Positions 34,259-48,187 are shown, counted from the whole stretch's first letter. The stretch is DNA of 63,317 bases, filler included, from Rhabdomonas costata (GCA_019059605.1; 17 parts of 17 records of this genome joined end to end with filler, not necessarily neighbours in it); one strand, 5' to 3'. Notes: generated from the letters alone by a model not told the origin. Made by a program: numbers and translations.

Positions 34259-36636
34259 ATGGTGACCGTTGCGGAGATTCGGGAGGAGTTGACGGCCTCC
34301 CAAAATGCGCGCTACCTGGACTATCAGATCGAGTGGTGGATCTCCCACAAGAAGAACAAGAAACAGGACGTGCTGAAGACGATCAACAACCAGCCCATCA
34401 ATGAAGGCCGGGTCATGGCCATCCTAGGGGACCGGGAGTACCACAGGCTGATCACCCATGAGCTGAACCGGCATGCGTCCCGCAGCCCTTCCCTTCTACA
34501 AGAGACGTGTCGCCACCTCCCCCGCACCACCTTTTTTCTGGCTTATGTTGGAAACGTTCAAAACTTTGTTTCTCCACGTCACGTCACAGCGTGTCACGTC
34601 ACGACGAGCATTCCCCGCAATGACTACTACTTCTCTAGCAGAGCGAATTCTGCTCACAATTCCTTTGGTTGCCGTGTCCCTGACCGATGCTTTCCGTGGC
34701 AATGCTCAAAGCGACCTTTTAATGAGTTATTTTTATTATCGGTTACGATAAAGATCATTTCCAAGGGCTATGACCCTCCCCTTCCTTCCGGTTGCGGATG
34801 TTGAGATGTGAGATGATTACCCCCGGATGTTCCCCCAGACGGTGCCTTAACGTCTACCACATCCCGGAGCAGCACCGCGTGTTGGTGTACATCAACAGCC
34901 GGAACAAGCCCAAGCACGTCAGTGCCCAGGAAACACGGGACTCGGTCCTGCTATTCATGTACTACGTGCAGTACCAATGTGAGGTGTTGACCCCTGTCTC
35001 AACTCCTCCCCCGCGCTGGATTGTTTCGGGTGGACGTCTTGTCGAGATCCCGCTGGGTGGTCAAGCAGGTATAGAGATGACACGCACTTTCTGGGGTACC
35101 CGTGGAAGATTTTACGCCCCACACTTTGCTCAAAAGGGTAAAGTTCAAAAGCAGGAGCTAAGACTTCTTACCACGGGAAAACTAAGGTTGGTTTCTTTTC
35201 GGAACAATTGAGGGCTAAGCTGAAGCAGGCCTGCGGTGTTGTTTATATTCAGCAGGCCTCCCGAAACGCTCCGTCGCTCAGAAGTCTCTGACCTTTCACC
35301 CTCGGCCGGTTGTGGTGCCCCATGGCGGCCCTTTAGTATCCCTTTTGCGCCGCTTCTTTCACCACGCAGCGGAGGTTTCACGGCAAAACTCATGTTCTGG
35401 GCCGACACTTTGTTTTTGCAGCATGTTCCCAACAGGATGCAGGACTTGAGCAAAATTCAGGGTGTGTCCCGAAAAACGCGCAACCCTGTTTTAGTGATAT
35501 TTTGCGTGTCGCTTGCTGTGCGGTATTGAGTGTTCTGCACCTCTACTTAACGCTCACAAACACCAATGCGAGACCAGCGGGCAAAAATACCGGGTATAGG
35601 AATGTAGGAATGCGGAATGAGGGCACCAGGACTTTAGATGGGAGTGCCACCGACGGAGAATTCAGGGTCCGGGTCGAGGTGACCCTTTCTGACTGCGACA
35701 CTCCACCACCACCACCACCCCTACCACTGCCATAACCAGTTGCACGCAGTGCGGGGACGACGTATTTCCTGCTACAAAAGACGAGTGGGGCTGTTGGGGT
35801 CGCAGAGCAAAGAGGGCCCGGGAGCCCAGGCTGAGGTGATCGTGGACATGCTGGGGGGCGCGATGCCCACTCTGATGGAGCTCAAGGAGCAGATCGCGAT
35901 GTTCTCAGGGATCATCGGAAGGTCTCTATCTTCCTCATCACACCAGCGTATTCCCCAGCCACCTTTGCACCCAGTCTCTCTTCTCGACTCGAGCGCACCT
36001 TGTGTGCTGCAAAATAGTTGATCTGTCGGCTGTGATTGATTTCCCCGAACCTTCTCAACTAGGAAGGAGTTTTTGAGGTCACATCTAGAATCCTCACTAA
36101 CTTTTCTCGTGGGCCCCGTATCCGGAGGATCCTGCGCCCTCCTTACCTCCTTGGCTTCTCGTTGGGCGTAGTTAGTGAGTGCGTGAGTGCAGACGCAGAC
36201 CATTCAATTTCAGGGCGGATTGTTCATTTTCCCACGTTTCGGCGAATCCGGGAAGCACACACGTCGACCTTTTGCGGAAAAGTGGCTCAGTATCGCCTGC
36301 TTTCTATGCACTTCCTTTGTGATTGGCGGGGTTTCGGTAAATTTGATGGCCCTGCGCTGGGTTATGGTTTGGTCTGGGTTCAGGTCCTTCCCGAAGATCT
36401 GTGGACAGCTTGTGCTGTGCTGCAATTGGGAGTCCGTGTTCCGCCAGGCCGTGATGGCGCTGGGGCACGCCGCGGGCCTAAGCGCTCTGGTTCTCAGCCC
36501 TGCGGAGCTCCTGCAGCGGTTCACCTCACCTCCATCCCCATTCATCCTCCAGTATTTTTTCCCGAGAGACGGCCGAGACATAGCAAGAAGCAGCTTTGAT
36601 TCCATGATTCTCAACACCTGCCGCCTGCCGGAATAA
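34259..36636 (+). CDS. CRAL-TRIO/Sec14-like lipid-binding protein, apparently complete, about 258 aa (exons 34259-34470, 34839-34978, 35750-35921, 36384-36636)
   Basis: Four phase-compatible exons run from ATG to TAA. RVLVYIN..., EVIVDMLGG..., SFPKICGQLVL..., LSPAELLQRF follow the CRAL-TRIO pattern; the family call is by eye. Confidence 0.65.
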
Positions 36637-37574
36637 TTATTTTTTTTTGGGGGGGGGGGCGTCAACATTTAACGGCATTAAACGTTTCGGACATTGTATC
36701 GATTGGAGATTGGAACAACATTAGAATAGGGGCGGAGGCCAGCCCGCAGCGCGGGAGGCAGCGGACGCATGAGGCGGGGACGTGCCATGGGAGGTCGTGC
36801 ATAATAATTGAACCTTGCTGTATAAGTACGTCAAACCTTCAACACCGTTAAACGCCAAAAAAAAAACCTTCGGGTCAAACACGTCGTATTCTGAGACCGG
36901 GGGGAGGGGTAGGTTAACTGTGCCTGCACTCACGAGATGATGTTTTTTTTAGCGAAAGGGGTTAGGTTAGGTTTACTGTTATAGTGCCCCCTAGATGCCG
37001 ATTTTAGTCTTAAAATTTTTTAAAAACTTCGGCGGTTTATCGGTGTCAAGCGTTTAACACCCCCCTCCCCCCAAAATGCAACACACTGCGGTGCAGGTAT
37101 GGCGTGGAGCACGTCCCGACGGTAGTTGGAGGCCGCTTCGACCTGGAAGCCATGGAGCCGGTAGGGACTCTGATCGCTCGGTGGTTCGCGCACGGGTCCA
37201 ACCACAGGACATTTCCAACACAACNNNNNNNNNNNNNNNNNNNNNNNNNNNNNNNNNNNNNNNNNNNNTTAATTAATTAANNNNNNNNNNNNNNNNNNNN
37301 NNNNNNNNNNNNNNNNNNNNNNNNGTGTGTGAAGAAAAGTTTGGGAACGCTCTTCTTGGTAACTGACCCAGACCTACCCAGACCCAACCTTGTGCAAACC
37401 GGTGTCCAACTCCGTTAGAGGAGCATTAGACGGGCACAACTCTTGAAAGCATTCCCAAACTTTTCTTCACACACACACAGTTTCACCACACCTGCAAAAA
37501 AAAACATTCCGCGCAGCGACATACGACATCCAACACTTCGAGAAAGGTAGAGAAAAACATTCGAATCACACTAC

Positions 37575-39221
37575 CGTGGCTGCGGAAGGGGTGAAGAAGG
37601 CACCCACTCCAGTCTGCACATTGTGCTGGAATTCGCCCACGTACCTTTGGTTTGAGGGGAGAAGGGACACACAGCTGTGCTGTCGCCAGAAACACCTCAC
37701 TTCACTTCACAGTACCACAAGACAAACCTCCGCTTATGTGGAAAAAGGCCACATATAGCCGTAGCAGGCTCCCTTTCTAAGGAAAAGTCAATCCACCCAG
37801 TGCACTATCACATTAGCACACCTGCCATGTCGCAGCGCCGCGGAAGGGTCACTTGCGCCGCTGGTGCCAGACTCGTCCGCGGATGGAGGTGGCCCAGGGA
37901 GGAAGGCACAGCCCAGCCCGTGCAGCTGATCATCGTGAAAGGCACCCTGGTACTCGAAGTAGCCAGTCTGATCGGGTCGGCCATTGCGCTGGTGGCCGTA
38001 GCCATGACGCTTATTGCCCCTCCAGGTGCCGATGTACTCGACCTGTGAATGTGAGGAAGTGTGGTGGGCCCCCGGACACAAGGTTGGATCCGACCTTTGG
38101 CTTCTTGGACTTGAAAAAAAATAGGTTTTCTATGGAAAAGAGTGATGTTCAAAACACAAATAGAATGCAATACCTTAGCCTGCACACACCGTGAGGTTGG
38201 GATTGGAAGTGAAAGAAATCCCCTCGTGTGCTGTAGACAGTGGGCGGCAAACCGTGACCCCGCATCAGCAATGAATGAATATCTCCACCTCATGGGAACA
38301 CCAAAAGAACAACACCTTCTCTCCAGACTGCTCTCAAGAATGCAGTGTGAAACACAAATGCCCCATACACCTCGTACTTCTCACCAGAAGGGTCGGGCTG
38401 AAGAACTTCCTTCTCGCACTCAGGGGGCTTTGGATCCTCTTCCCATGGCTGCGGCAGAGAAGGAAAACCAGATGACAAAGAAAAACTATAGCAACACTTG
38501 CCCTCGTGGCATCCTGCTTCTGTGCTCCCCGTCTCTTCCACACAAAACAAGGACACTTTTTGAAATTTTTGTTCAAAGGGATTGCTTGGTCAGCAAGCTG
38601 GACATCCGACAAGTTCAGGCCAAAAGGGCGTCTGTGCATATGGAGGGAGCTGAGGGTTGAAACCAACAACAATGTCCTCAGGCCGAGGCCGAGGATAAGA
38701 AGCAAAACAAAAGAGCTGCCCCCGTTGAAGCACACCCGTCGGAAGGTTCCCCAGCCGTGCCTTTGGTCGTTGAGCCACCCGCCGTAGTACCTGAGTATTG
38801 CAACCCCCCGAAGAAGGTGGCGTTGTGTTCTTTCGTTTCAGCTTCTGAAAAAACCCCAAACAAATCCCATACACAACCCCCGGACCTGCTCTTGGAGTGG
38901 GAATAGTAGTAGGATCCTTGACCGTGCCTCTTGCCATCCTTCAGCGCGCCTTCGTACTTATCTGAAGTATCAAGAAGGACATGGAGAATGCAAAACTGTG
39001 TCATCATTCTCTGCAACGCTCTTCTTTTGCCTTCTCATGCTCTCCCTAACTCGGCACAGCTTCATGCCTAACTCCACTTTGCCCCCCCCCTTCTTTCTCA
39101 TCTATTCATCTATGGGGTGAGCACTGGAGACTGGTGCGGAAGACCACACAAAGAGGACAAAGGGATGCTACTGGAAGACCTCAGATGTATCAAAAGACGA
39201 ATTCCGGTACACACCATCCAT
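37575..39221 (-). CDS. MORN-repeat protein, 5' part (7-nt first coding exon 39221-39215, then exons near 38960, 38790, 38448, 38042 and 37644)
   Basis: KYEGALKDGKRHGQG, RYYGGWLNDQRHGWG, EYIGTWRGNKRHGYG, EYQGAFHDDQLHGLG, RYVGEFQHNVQTGVG; introns are GT-AG. Confidence 0.9.
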
Positions 39222-40276
39222 GCCCGGTTTGCTTGAGGAAGCCGGACCAAGAGAAGACGTCGAACACTAGGACAACGGCTCCATCACGCAACAGCCACAC
39301 AACAGCAAAGATAGGAAAAATGATCCCTGGAGGTGAAGTGGTCGGGTGGCAAAGGGGAAAAAGGCGCGATGGAAACCTCGTTATTATTTATCTCGTCTCC
39401 TTGGGTCCGAGTGGGTCCCAGTTTGCATCGGAATGGTGGTGGGAAGGAGCGGTAGGAACTTACTCGACGACCCGCAAAACCACAACCCAGAACGAAGGTG
39501 CTGCAGATGAAAAGAGAGATAGCAGACCGCTTTTCATGCCACATTGTCTTTTCCTTTTCAAAGAAGGGAGCCAAGGCGGCCCGTCCCACTCCCCAGGCAT
39601 GAAAGCGCACTTCGGCACAATACGCAGAGCCCAGTTCACATTCATACCGCACAGTGCGGCAAGCGATCACATCACCAGAGAGACCACAAATCCTTTTTTT
39701 CAGACGGCGGGAGTTGCAAAGGGCTTCGGACTGGCGTGGGCGCCCTGCACACTCCTTCCAAAACCTTTCCCCAAGCAGTCGCCCCTTCTGCTAAGCCAGA
39801 AGAAGGTCCTATTGGGGTGGTCGCAGAGGGAGAGGGGAGAGGCTTTCCGCCACCGTAACTTCCTTCGCGGATAGCGATGCCAGGGAAGGCAAACACCGGG
39901 GCTGACCACGTGAGCGGGGAGGAGGGGGGGTAGAAAGAGAGAAGAGAGAAGAGCGAGAGAATGCGCCAAAATTAGCACTATCGACTTTAAACAATGTTCA
40001 GCGTCCAAAGTCCGGCATAGCACCGAAGAACAGTGGAGATTGGAAGAGTTGACAAAATGAAGGGGGGTAGAGAAAGAATAGGAGGAGGTGGGCACGAAAC
40101 ACCACCACGAAACCCTGGGAGTGGAAGAAATGGAGAATGGGTGCAAGAGAGAGAGAGAGAGGAGAAATCAGAGTTTCCATGCTAAGCAACCACCTCAAGG
40201 ATACAAAAACACTTCCAGAGAGAGAAAGGCAGAGAGTCACTGACGCGCATACACCCGCCACCCCTGCTCTCTGTCC

Positions 40277-40882
40277 TCAGCAACCAAAGAACGAGCCGGG
40301 GCTGGGAAACCATGTGGCCCCCAAGCCGCAGGGCTGTGTCAGATTGTGCGTTGCTTTGGCTATGGATGCAAGTGCTTTCAAGCATGAAAGGGTGTCAGGT
40401 GCCTGCAAGTGTTGCTGAAGCCAACGGTTTTGCCGCCGCCGCCGCCGTGTCCTTGTTCTTGTCCACGTAGATGTATGCATATGTGGGAACGAGAAGTGAT
40501 GGATGGGAAACAGAGCAGAGGACCTCAGCGGAGTACGTGTATGCCGAGTACACCGGCGTCCCGCGGTAGTCCGTGCCCGTCGACAGCCCCGTACCCCCGT
40601 GCACCGCGGCAACCATCGCAGACGCTCCGCTGCCGCTGCCGAAGCACGGCGCAGGCGGAGGGCCCGTGATGGCTGCGGTGGGGTTGCACACCACTCCCCC
40701 GTCCTTCAGGTCGGACAGATACTGCACCGCTGTGGCGGTGGCCGTCGCAGAGAAGGGAAACGGCAGCCCCACCATCAGCTCCATGCTGGAGGTGTCCTCG
40801 GAATTCTGGGCGTTGGCGTAGGCCGTGACACTCTGAATGCTGTTGGCGATGAGCTCAGCGTCGTCGATTTTCAGCTCAAAGC
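40277..40882 (-). CDS. Last two exons (40882-40524, 40402-40277) of a protein with weak resemblance to a GH18 C-terminus
   Basis: GC-rich exons with a GT-AG intron; ELMVGLPF...YSAE|APDTLSCLKALASIAK..GLGATWF..stop. The family call is tentative. Confidence 0.45.
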
Positions 40883-43687
40883 CTAAAAAGGAGAATTCAT
40901 GCTGGGCTGAAAGCTCGAATCCTGAAGAGTGAAGATAAACCTAANNNNNNNNNNNNNNNNNNNNNNNNNNNNNNNNNNNNNNNNNNNNTTAATTAATTAA
41001 NNNNNNNNNNNNNNNNNNNNNNNNNNNNNNNNNNNNNNNNNNNNGGTGGTGGGTGTGTTTGGGTGTTTGTGTACCTGCAGATCAACCGGGGTGTGTGAGC
41101 GACATTTGGAGGACATTTGGGAGCCCATGAAGAGTGCATGACGCGTCAGACGGGGTTCCCGAGGCCCCGCGCGCAGTATCGGCCGTAGGTCCCGAGGGGG
41201 ACGCCAAACCTGTGGTGGAGGCGAGAGTTGCATGAGACAGTTAGACGCAGAGCGGACACTGAAGGAGGTGAGGGGGAAGATAATCGCGAGTCCTTCCCAG
41301 AAAAAACTTGCCCTCGCCAAGTGCACAAAGTGGCAGATGGTCTGAGAGGCCCTGTCTAAAATGTAACAAAGAGAGGCAGCTGGCCGCGGACTCAGTGACT
41401 CGGATGACATGCGGGAAAATCCCTGTGGAGGAGAGCCAGCGGTTGAGGAGAAGCGCAAGCAGCCAGCATGCTATGTCATTGGGCACATACTGGTGGATGT
41501 TCAATGCCCTTTAGAAGCTTTGCTTGCTGGAAAGTTTCAGCACTGCCTACCACTGCTCGCGCGTCAGGTTCCCTGCACTGTGTTGCGTTTCTCTTTCCCG
41601 TTGTCCGGCTTTTTATTGTACTGCCCATTTTTTACTGAGTGGCAGCTGCCCTGGGGTTACCGTTCTCTGTTTTAGGCGGTATCCCTGAGCTCCATCACCC
41701 GAGGCGAGCCTATCCAGCACCAGATCGACTTCGGCTTTGGTTGCCTCTTGGTGTCGTTGGAGCTTCGCCCAACCCCTTTGGTGGTTGTACACAACTTGGC
41801 GGCGTCTGGGGCTCCCGCGAAACCCCAGGCTCACATTCCCAATCCCCTCAGGCGCTAAGTGGAGACCCCTTGTCTCGAAGTCGCCTTCGTTGTATGGTTG
41901 TTTCCTGTGCTCTAGATTGATGAGTGTGTGTGTTTATGTGTGTGTTTGTGTGCAATTTGTGGACTTGCCATTTGTGGCATTGCCCTCTCTTGTTTTTCTG
42001 TCTGTTCAATGGGTTTCTTGTTCTGCGCTTCAGCACAAACATTTTCGAACTGTGAGTACCCTCTGCCAACGTTCCACCATGGCTTAAATCTGCTCTCCCC
42101 TCACTCCCGAGCTAAACCTTGGGAGCATTCCTTTTTATAATGCAACGGAACAGTACCCGAAACAAACATACACACCACACGCCTCCTTCCCATGCATCTC
42201 CTTGTGTGTGTGTGTCAGTTCCAACTGTGGGTAGTGGTGACCGCTTCTTTCTGGGATTTGCCGCCACTTACCTGATTCGTTTCGAGCTTTACTATTGATT
42301 TCGGGCTTTTACCGCCCTTCTTTTTTCCTGTTGCGGAGGGATCATTTTTATAATCTGCCTTGCCCCAGCCAATGCATGCTTCCCATTCTCTTCGCATGAA
42401 GGTCTTTTAAAGCCTTCGTGCTCGCCTTACCCGCTTATCAGGACCCTTCCCACAACCCGTGTGAATGCGACCCTTCTTTGGCCCCTCGGTAGCTTATACT
42501 GGTGAGTTTTTCACTCCCTTTTTCTTTTGTGATTTTTCTCTTCTTGGGTTCCCCCCACCCACCCTCTTTTTCTTTTTGGGCCAAGATTGTATTGTGCCCG
42601 TTTCGAGGTCTGTGCTCTCAGTATTTGTGGCGTTTCATGATTGTATCTTTTTCGGCAAAAAAAAGCTTATCTTGGAGCAGGAAATCTTGGATTCCCTGCC
42701 GTTTGACAAGGCTCTGAAAGACATTACTTTGTCTTCCTGGAGTCTTGTCGTGATACATGTTTGCTTCAGCAACCCAAAATTTTGTATCTTGGGTCCTTTG
42801 CCCAAAGGGACTGTAGTCTTTCAAGTAGCCCCTCCTCGTCGCCTTGCGTGCGAGCTTTCTGTGGGTCGGCTTTTTTCTGAAGGAGAGCCACTTTATGAAG
42901 GAAAGCGGTTTGACTTTTGGACGAGGAAGCGTGAATGCCGCCTGTAGCGACAACGAACTTCGAGCATTTGCGTTTTTTTATGCTTTTGGCAGCTAGCATC
43001 ATGGACGTTTTGGCACTCCGGCCAGTGTGTGTGTGTGTGTGAATAGTTTCCTTTTTGTGATCGTTAGTATGTTCTGTTCTGTTCACTTGTTCTTCCTTTT
43101 TTCGTTCGCGTACCAGCGTACCAGCAATTACTGTGGGGAATTCCTAGATTCCTTTCCGTTTGGAAGGGCTTCCGAAGACATTTCCTTGTCTTCCGTGAAG
43201 GTCCCACCAAACGAATGTTTTTGTGCTGCTGCGCTGTTCTCGTCATTTTCGCCAAGAACTCGCCTTTTTGGGGCATGTTTTGCTTCTGTGTTCTGGAACT
43301 GGAAAGCGCAGGTCAATGAAAGCACCGGAAGGTCATAAGATGCGATACGATGCAGCCTTAAACCCTCGACACCAGTGCTGCAACCACATCCTGCCTCCCA
43401 TTGATTCCACCGAAGGTGAAGGACTGTGCCAAATCGTGGATACCCAGCCCCTGGCGAAGGAAAAGGAATCTAGAGGAATCTATGCTTCAATTGGTGCATT
43501 TCACAATGGGCCCGTTTCACCCACGCAGTGGTCAATAATCGTCGTACCAAGGTTTCCGGCAGCCTTGGCGTCACAGGGAAGGAGCTCCAAGACATAAAAC
43601 CCAGGTGAAATTTTCATTAATTCTTTTGCTGCGCTTCAACCCGGATTTTTCGAGCCTTCATCGTCATCATTCTCTCCGCTAGAATGG

Positions 43688-44156
43688 AAGTGGGGGCGAG
43701 GGGTTATAGCGATTTCCGCTGGTAACCGTTGCCAGTGGAAATGGTAACCAGTGGTAACAATTTGTTCAATGGGAGCATATTTGTTGTCAGCCATCCAGGT
43801 TACGTCCCCCGCCGCATCGTGGACTTACGCGCCGCTTCGCCCCTACTATAATTCTGTCCTACTCGTCGGGCCATATCCCAGCCTTTTGGCTAGTCCTTAG
43901 CTAGCAGTAGTTTTCAGCTGCTATGCAAAAACAATCATCTAGGGGGCATCGACAAAGTTTCCCTTTCCCCCTTACACAAAAACGATGTTCTTTCGAGGTT
44001 GCTGGCATGTTTTACCTGATCGGTTTTGGATAATTTAGCAAAAGTTTCATCCATTTCTCGATTGCCAGTGGTAACGATTATCACCGGTAATGGTTACCAC
44101 ACCTCCAGCTCTTAGACGTTACTGGTTACCGTCACCACTCCCCGCCCCCCAACTTC
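43688..44156. mobile_element. Putative MITE with imperfect terminal inverted repeats and subterminal GGTAAC/GTTACC motifs
   Basis: gaagtgggggcg...cgccccccaacttc; many (CCAGT)GGTAAC copies near both ends; a related end lies at about 10257-10293 on another contig. Confidence 0.5.
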
Positions 44157-45054
44157 CACTGGCCCTGGAAATGGAGAGACCATTCCCAGCTGTTCTCCCT
44201 TTCCCATTTTTTATCGAGCGCTGCTCTGCACCCCTTCAGGGAAAGGCTGCTTTTTTTTGGCACTCCCTTCTGCAAAACATTCTGCGCCCGAAAATGGCTG
44301 CTATGTTCGCTCATTCCCCGTATTCCTTCGAAGGTACGTGCGCATGGAAGCGTGACGGAGGGGAAATGTGTGAACTACCTTGTTTTCGCCTTTACGGGGT
44401 GGTTTCTCAGCCTTAGTGGTGGAAACTCAGTGCATTCACCATTCGTCTTTTTCAGCTGTCAGGGAATGCGGGGCGGGTGGAGGGGGCGTGTTGATCCGCA
44501 GCGCTGGTGGAAGCGGAATACTCAGCCTGAGAAAAAATGGAAAATGGAAGATATGCTTCCGAACTCTTCGGTAGAAAAATCCCATGTGCATTGGTCCTCT
44601 TTTACACATACGCGTTACCCCGCTCCCTACTTAACATCAGCTTTCGGTCTTTCTTTTATACTCTCACCCACACANNNNNNNNNNNNNNNNNNNNNNNNNN
44701 NNNNNNNNNNNNNNNNNNTTAATTAATTAANNNNNNNNNNNNNNNNNNNNNNNNNNNNNNNNNNNNNNNNNNNNGGGGTTTGGGCGCACCACACTCGTAC
44801 TAATAGGTCTCTCACAAACCTATTACAGTTTCTGGGAGTTGAAACTTACTATCGCCTTCAAAAAAGACGATACTGAACACTATGTTGAAGATGGGGAAGG
44901 CGAAAGTAAACATGGACTACTGTCTTTTTTGAAGGCGATAGTAAGTTTCAACTCCCAGAAACTGTAATAGGTTTGTGAGAGACCTATTAGTACGAGTGTG
45001 GTGCGTCCAAAGTCCCCAACACCACCGCGTGAAGCTTCTCATTTTCATTCACAG

Positions 45055-48000
45055 GCGAGGTAACCCACGTGTGGCTCTGTCGCTCCTGCTGGGGACTTTG
45101 AGGGAGGAGGAGTCGAATCCTCAGCCGGTGACTTATGTCAACATTTCTGCGCTGTTGACAGAGCTCAACAGGTTTGCGGGTTGGAGTTTAATTTGGGTGG
45201 TTGTGTATTTGGGGATGTTTCTCTTTCCTTCTCCAATCCTTTTACGACCCGCGGAAACAGTTGGCAGAGATGGCCCCAGGTAGGCGGTGTTAGTGGCATA
45301 CCCAAAGCTAATGCCAAGTTGGTGGAGAATTGGAAGGATTGTTTCGGAGGCCATCCCCAAGACGGCCGAGACTCATCAGGGCGAGTCCTCGCGCGGTTGG
45401 AGCGCGGTGCACCTGTGTGGAATTTCTTCGGGAGCATCTTCGCGGAAAATTGGTGTTTGGAAGAGATGCAAAAATGTCGATAGCTCTCGCCATCATCTTT
45501 TGCACGATAACAAACGCAAACACGGAGGAGCATCACGTACCAACCCCCATCTAATGACTTTGCTTCTATGGAAGGCGACTTTGATTCCGAAATTTTTCTT
45601 GCACAGGCCGGATGAAGCCGCTTTGTATGCGCGTCAAGCCCTCGACCTACTGGCTCGTCGGCGATCTGACTCTTTTCAAGTCAGCGCTGCCGATAGGGCG
45701 GAAGATGCCCGGCTGCTGGCAACTGCCTACTACAACTTAGCTGCTGCGCAGGAAAGCTGCAGCGCGGTGGAGGAGCGAGCGCGGGCAAGAGGTAACTCTG
45801 CATATTGAACTTTCAGCTGCAGCCACGTTATGTAGGCCAACCCGAGCACAGGTCTAAAACTTCATCATCTGGGTTCATCTAGAGCGACCCTCCGAACCCT
45901 TTTGGTCCAACTACCACCGCAGATGCCCAGTCACTGGAAAACCTTGGGGTCTTGCGGTATCGGAGGCGGGTTGATTTCAAGTTGCTTTCCCGAATTAGTT
46001 ACACTGGAAAAAATCCTGGCATTCCTGGATTGTTTCCAAGTGTCCAAGTGGCTCCCCAAGAAATTTGGTGGCACGGGAAATTATTACAGTAACGTTACAC
46101 ACTGGTTTGCTTCATTGTGGCAGCGATATTGGCACAAAGGCACATTGTTAACTGCACAAAATACAATCCAGCTCCGGGCAGCGGTGCGAAAGTAATTCCA
46201 TCCGTCATTGTAAAGGCAATTCATATGCAAATCTGACTGTGGTACAGCACAGAGGGTTCGAGTTCCCTCGAGCTGAAGTTTCGTCCCTCCAAGTCTCTTC
46301 TCCAGAAGGACAAACGTCAATGTTGTTTATTGCGCAAATGAGGTTTCCCGAGAACTTCCGCCCAGCAGCAGAGGAGTGATCAGAGGGGTGAGGTGAATAG
46401 AATATATAACACTGCGGCCTTTTCCTTAGTTGACACAAAGAACGCCAGAGTACATACTCCACACAAGGAAAATGCCAATTTGACGCGGCTTAGTTTCTTG
46501 TGTTCTAGGGGAAGGGGGGGTGCTTTCTGGCAGACTCCTACGCCACTGCACTGCACCTTGCTAAAGAAGAGCTGGGGCTCGCCGATCCATTGGTTGGGAC
46601 TGTGGAGGAGGCGTTGCAGCAACTTCATGACAAGCTGCCTCTTTTACCGCTTGTTCCACCATCCAGTGGCCACTGGGCTAGCGACTTCATTCCTTCCGTA
46701 CCCACAAAACAAGGCATGAGGTACGAGCGAGCTGTTTCTTTTTTTAACAAACAGGAAAACCCAATCCCTCGAAATGAAGAAGCAGACATTACTTCAGGGC
46801 AGCAGTGAGGGAATTTCTCCCATAGGCGAGGGTTGCTTGACATTGGCCATTTTTTTGCACCGCTTTTTCCGGCTGGTTGCATATTTCGCCCACGTCAAAT
46901 GTTTTTTCTCTCAGGGACTCTCCCGCAAGTGTGCGGCGTCAAAAAGGCCCACCTCCGATTGAGTCAAAGCTCTCCGGCTTGGAGGGCCAACTTCCCCCTC
47001 TCCTTGCAGGTTTGGTTGACTTGGCGGGTTGTGGGGTCACGAGCACACCGTAACCAGTTACTGTGGTGCATTTGCATGAACGCTTTGCTGGCCATCAACT
47101 TCTATTCCTCCTTTTATTTTGCGCCCGGTTTTTTCATTGATAACGCGATCTATTTCAGGCTTTTTCGACCTCAATTTCTTTGAGCGGTTCGCCGTTTTGA
47201 CTTTTCCAATCTGAATATATTGCATTCCATTGCCTATCTTCCGCGAAATCCCCGAAATGTGGGCATAAAAGGTCAAGGATGGGCAGCGACTTCTTCCTCA
47301 TCGTCCTCCTCGGGCAGCGTAACACCGAGCCCAAGGCCGCCCGCGATGCGCCGGATTCCCTTTCTGGTCGATCTGGCGACCGGGGTGAAGTACGCTTTCC
47401 GGGCAAAGGCAGCTTTTCTTTCTCCTTTTTCCCCTTTCCAAGAGTGACCGTGATGAGAGTGGATAAATGCAAACTAAAAGGGCCAAAAAGCGTCAGCTCA
47501 CTCGAAATGTTCCTGCAAGAGGCAGCTCTCTTCCCACAAATCTTCGCGGAATATTGAGTACCCTCAGGATGCAAGTATGAGTTGAACGGTTTTACTATGT
47601 GAAGCAGTGAGATAGGAATTGAGCATTGGGGTGCCTTTACTCAGTACTTTTGATGATGGATTTCGGGTGACTTTGCCCGGGAGTACGATTGACGATCCTT
47701 AGGAGATTGCAGCTTAATGCGACAAACCAAACCAATAAGCGAAGGCCGGTCCGCGGCGCGGCTGAGGTTATAAAATTGAATTGACTTTGACACCCCAATA
47801 TTGAACTTTGAGGTCGGACAACCGTGTTTCGAGTGGCTGAGCCTACCACCTTTTGACAACAAACCGTTTTTAGCACCCCCACTCCACAAAAAATTCATCT
47901 GAACACGGGAACGGCGACGAACGGTTCCGATTGCACCGCGTAAGTAGCCATCGATGGGGGGGATGTTCAGGAGGGCCAGGCAGGCCGTAGCGACCCTGAG

Positions 48001-48187
48001 CTTCTGACAGTGCATCCCGAGCCTCCGCCACAGCTGTCGGGGCCGTGCCGCCACCCTCTGGCTGCGCTTCAATGGGCGCTCTCCCGCAGCCGCGACACTG
48101 TGAAGCTTTTGCCGTGGAAGGGCCTGGGCTCCTCGGAGCTCCTTGTGAACGGCAAGCCGGTGACTGCAGCTGCATTCCTCCGCCCAG
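45055..48187 (+). CDS. TPR-containing protein, internal exons (45055-45171, 45607-45791, 46534-46720, 46915-47009, 47272-47384, 47971-48187)
   Basis: TYVNISALLTELNR|PDEAALYARQAL..LATAYYNLAAAQE..AR|DSYATALHLAKEELGLADPL; all introns are GT-AG and phase-compatible. Confidence 0.75.

Noticed and set aside
37325-37476. Inverted repeat at contig start
   Set aside because: Short, terminal and adjacent to (CA)n; cannot be separated from an artefact
44779-45010. ~90-bp perfect inverted repeat (MITE or pre-miRNA?)
   Set aside because: It begins at the contig start with a mismatch only in the G/T-rich terminal part; fold-back chimera is more likely
46714-46720. Another G|GCATG GC donor in the TPR gene
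   Set aside because: A GT donor at 46721 gives a fully phase-compatible path through exons 46915-47009 and 47272-47384
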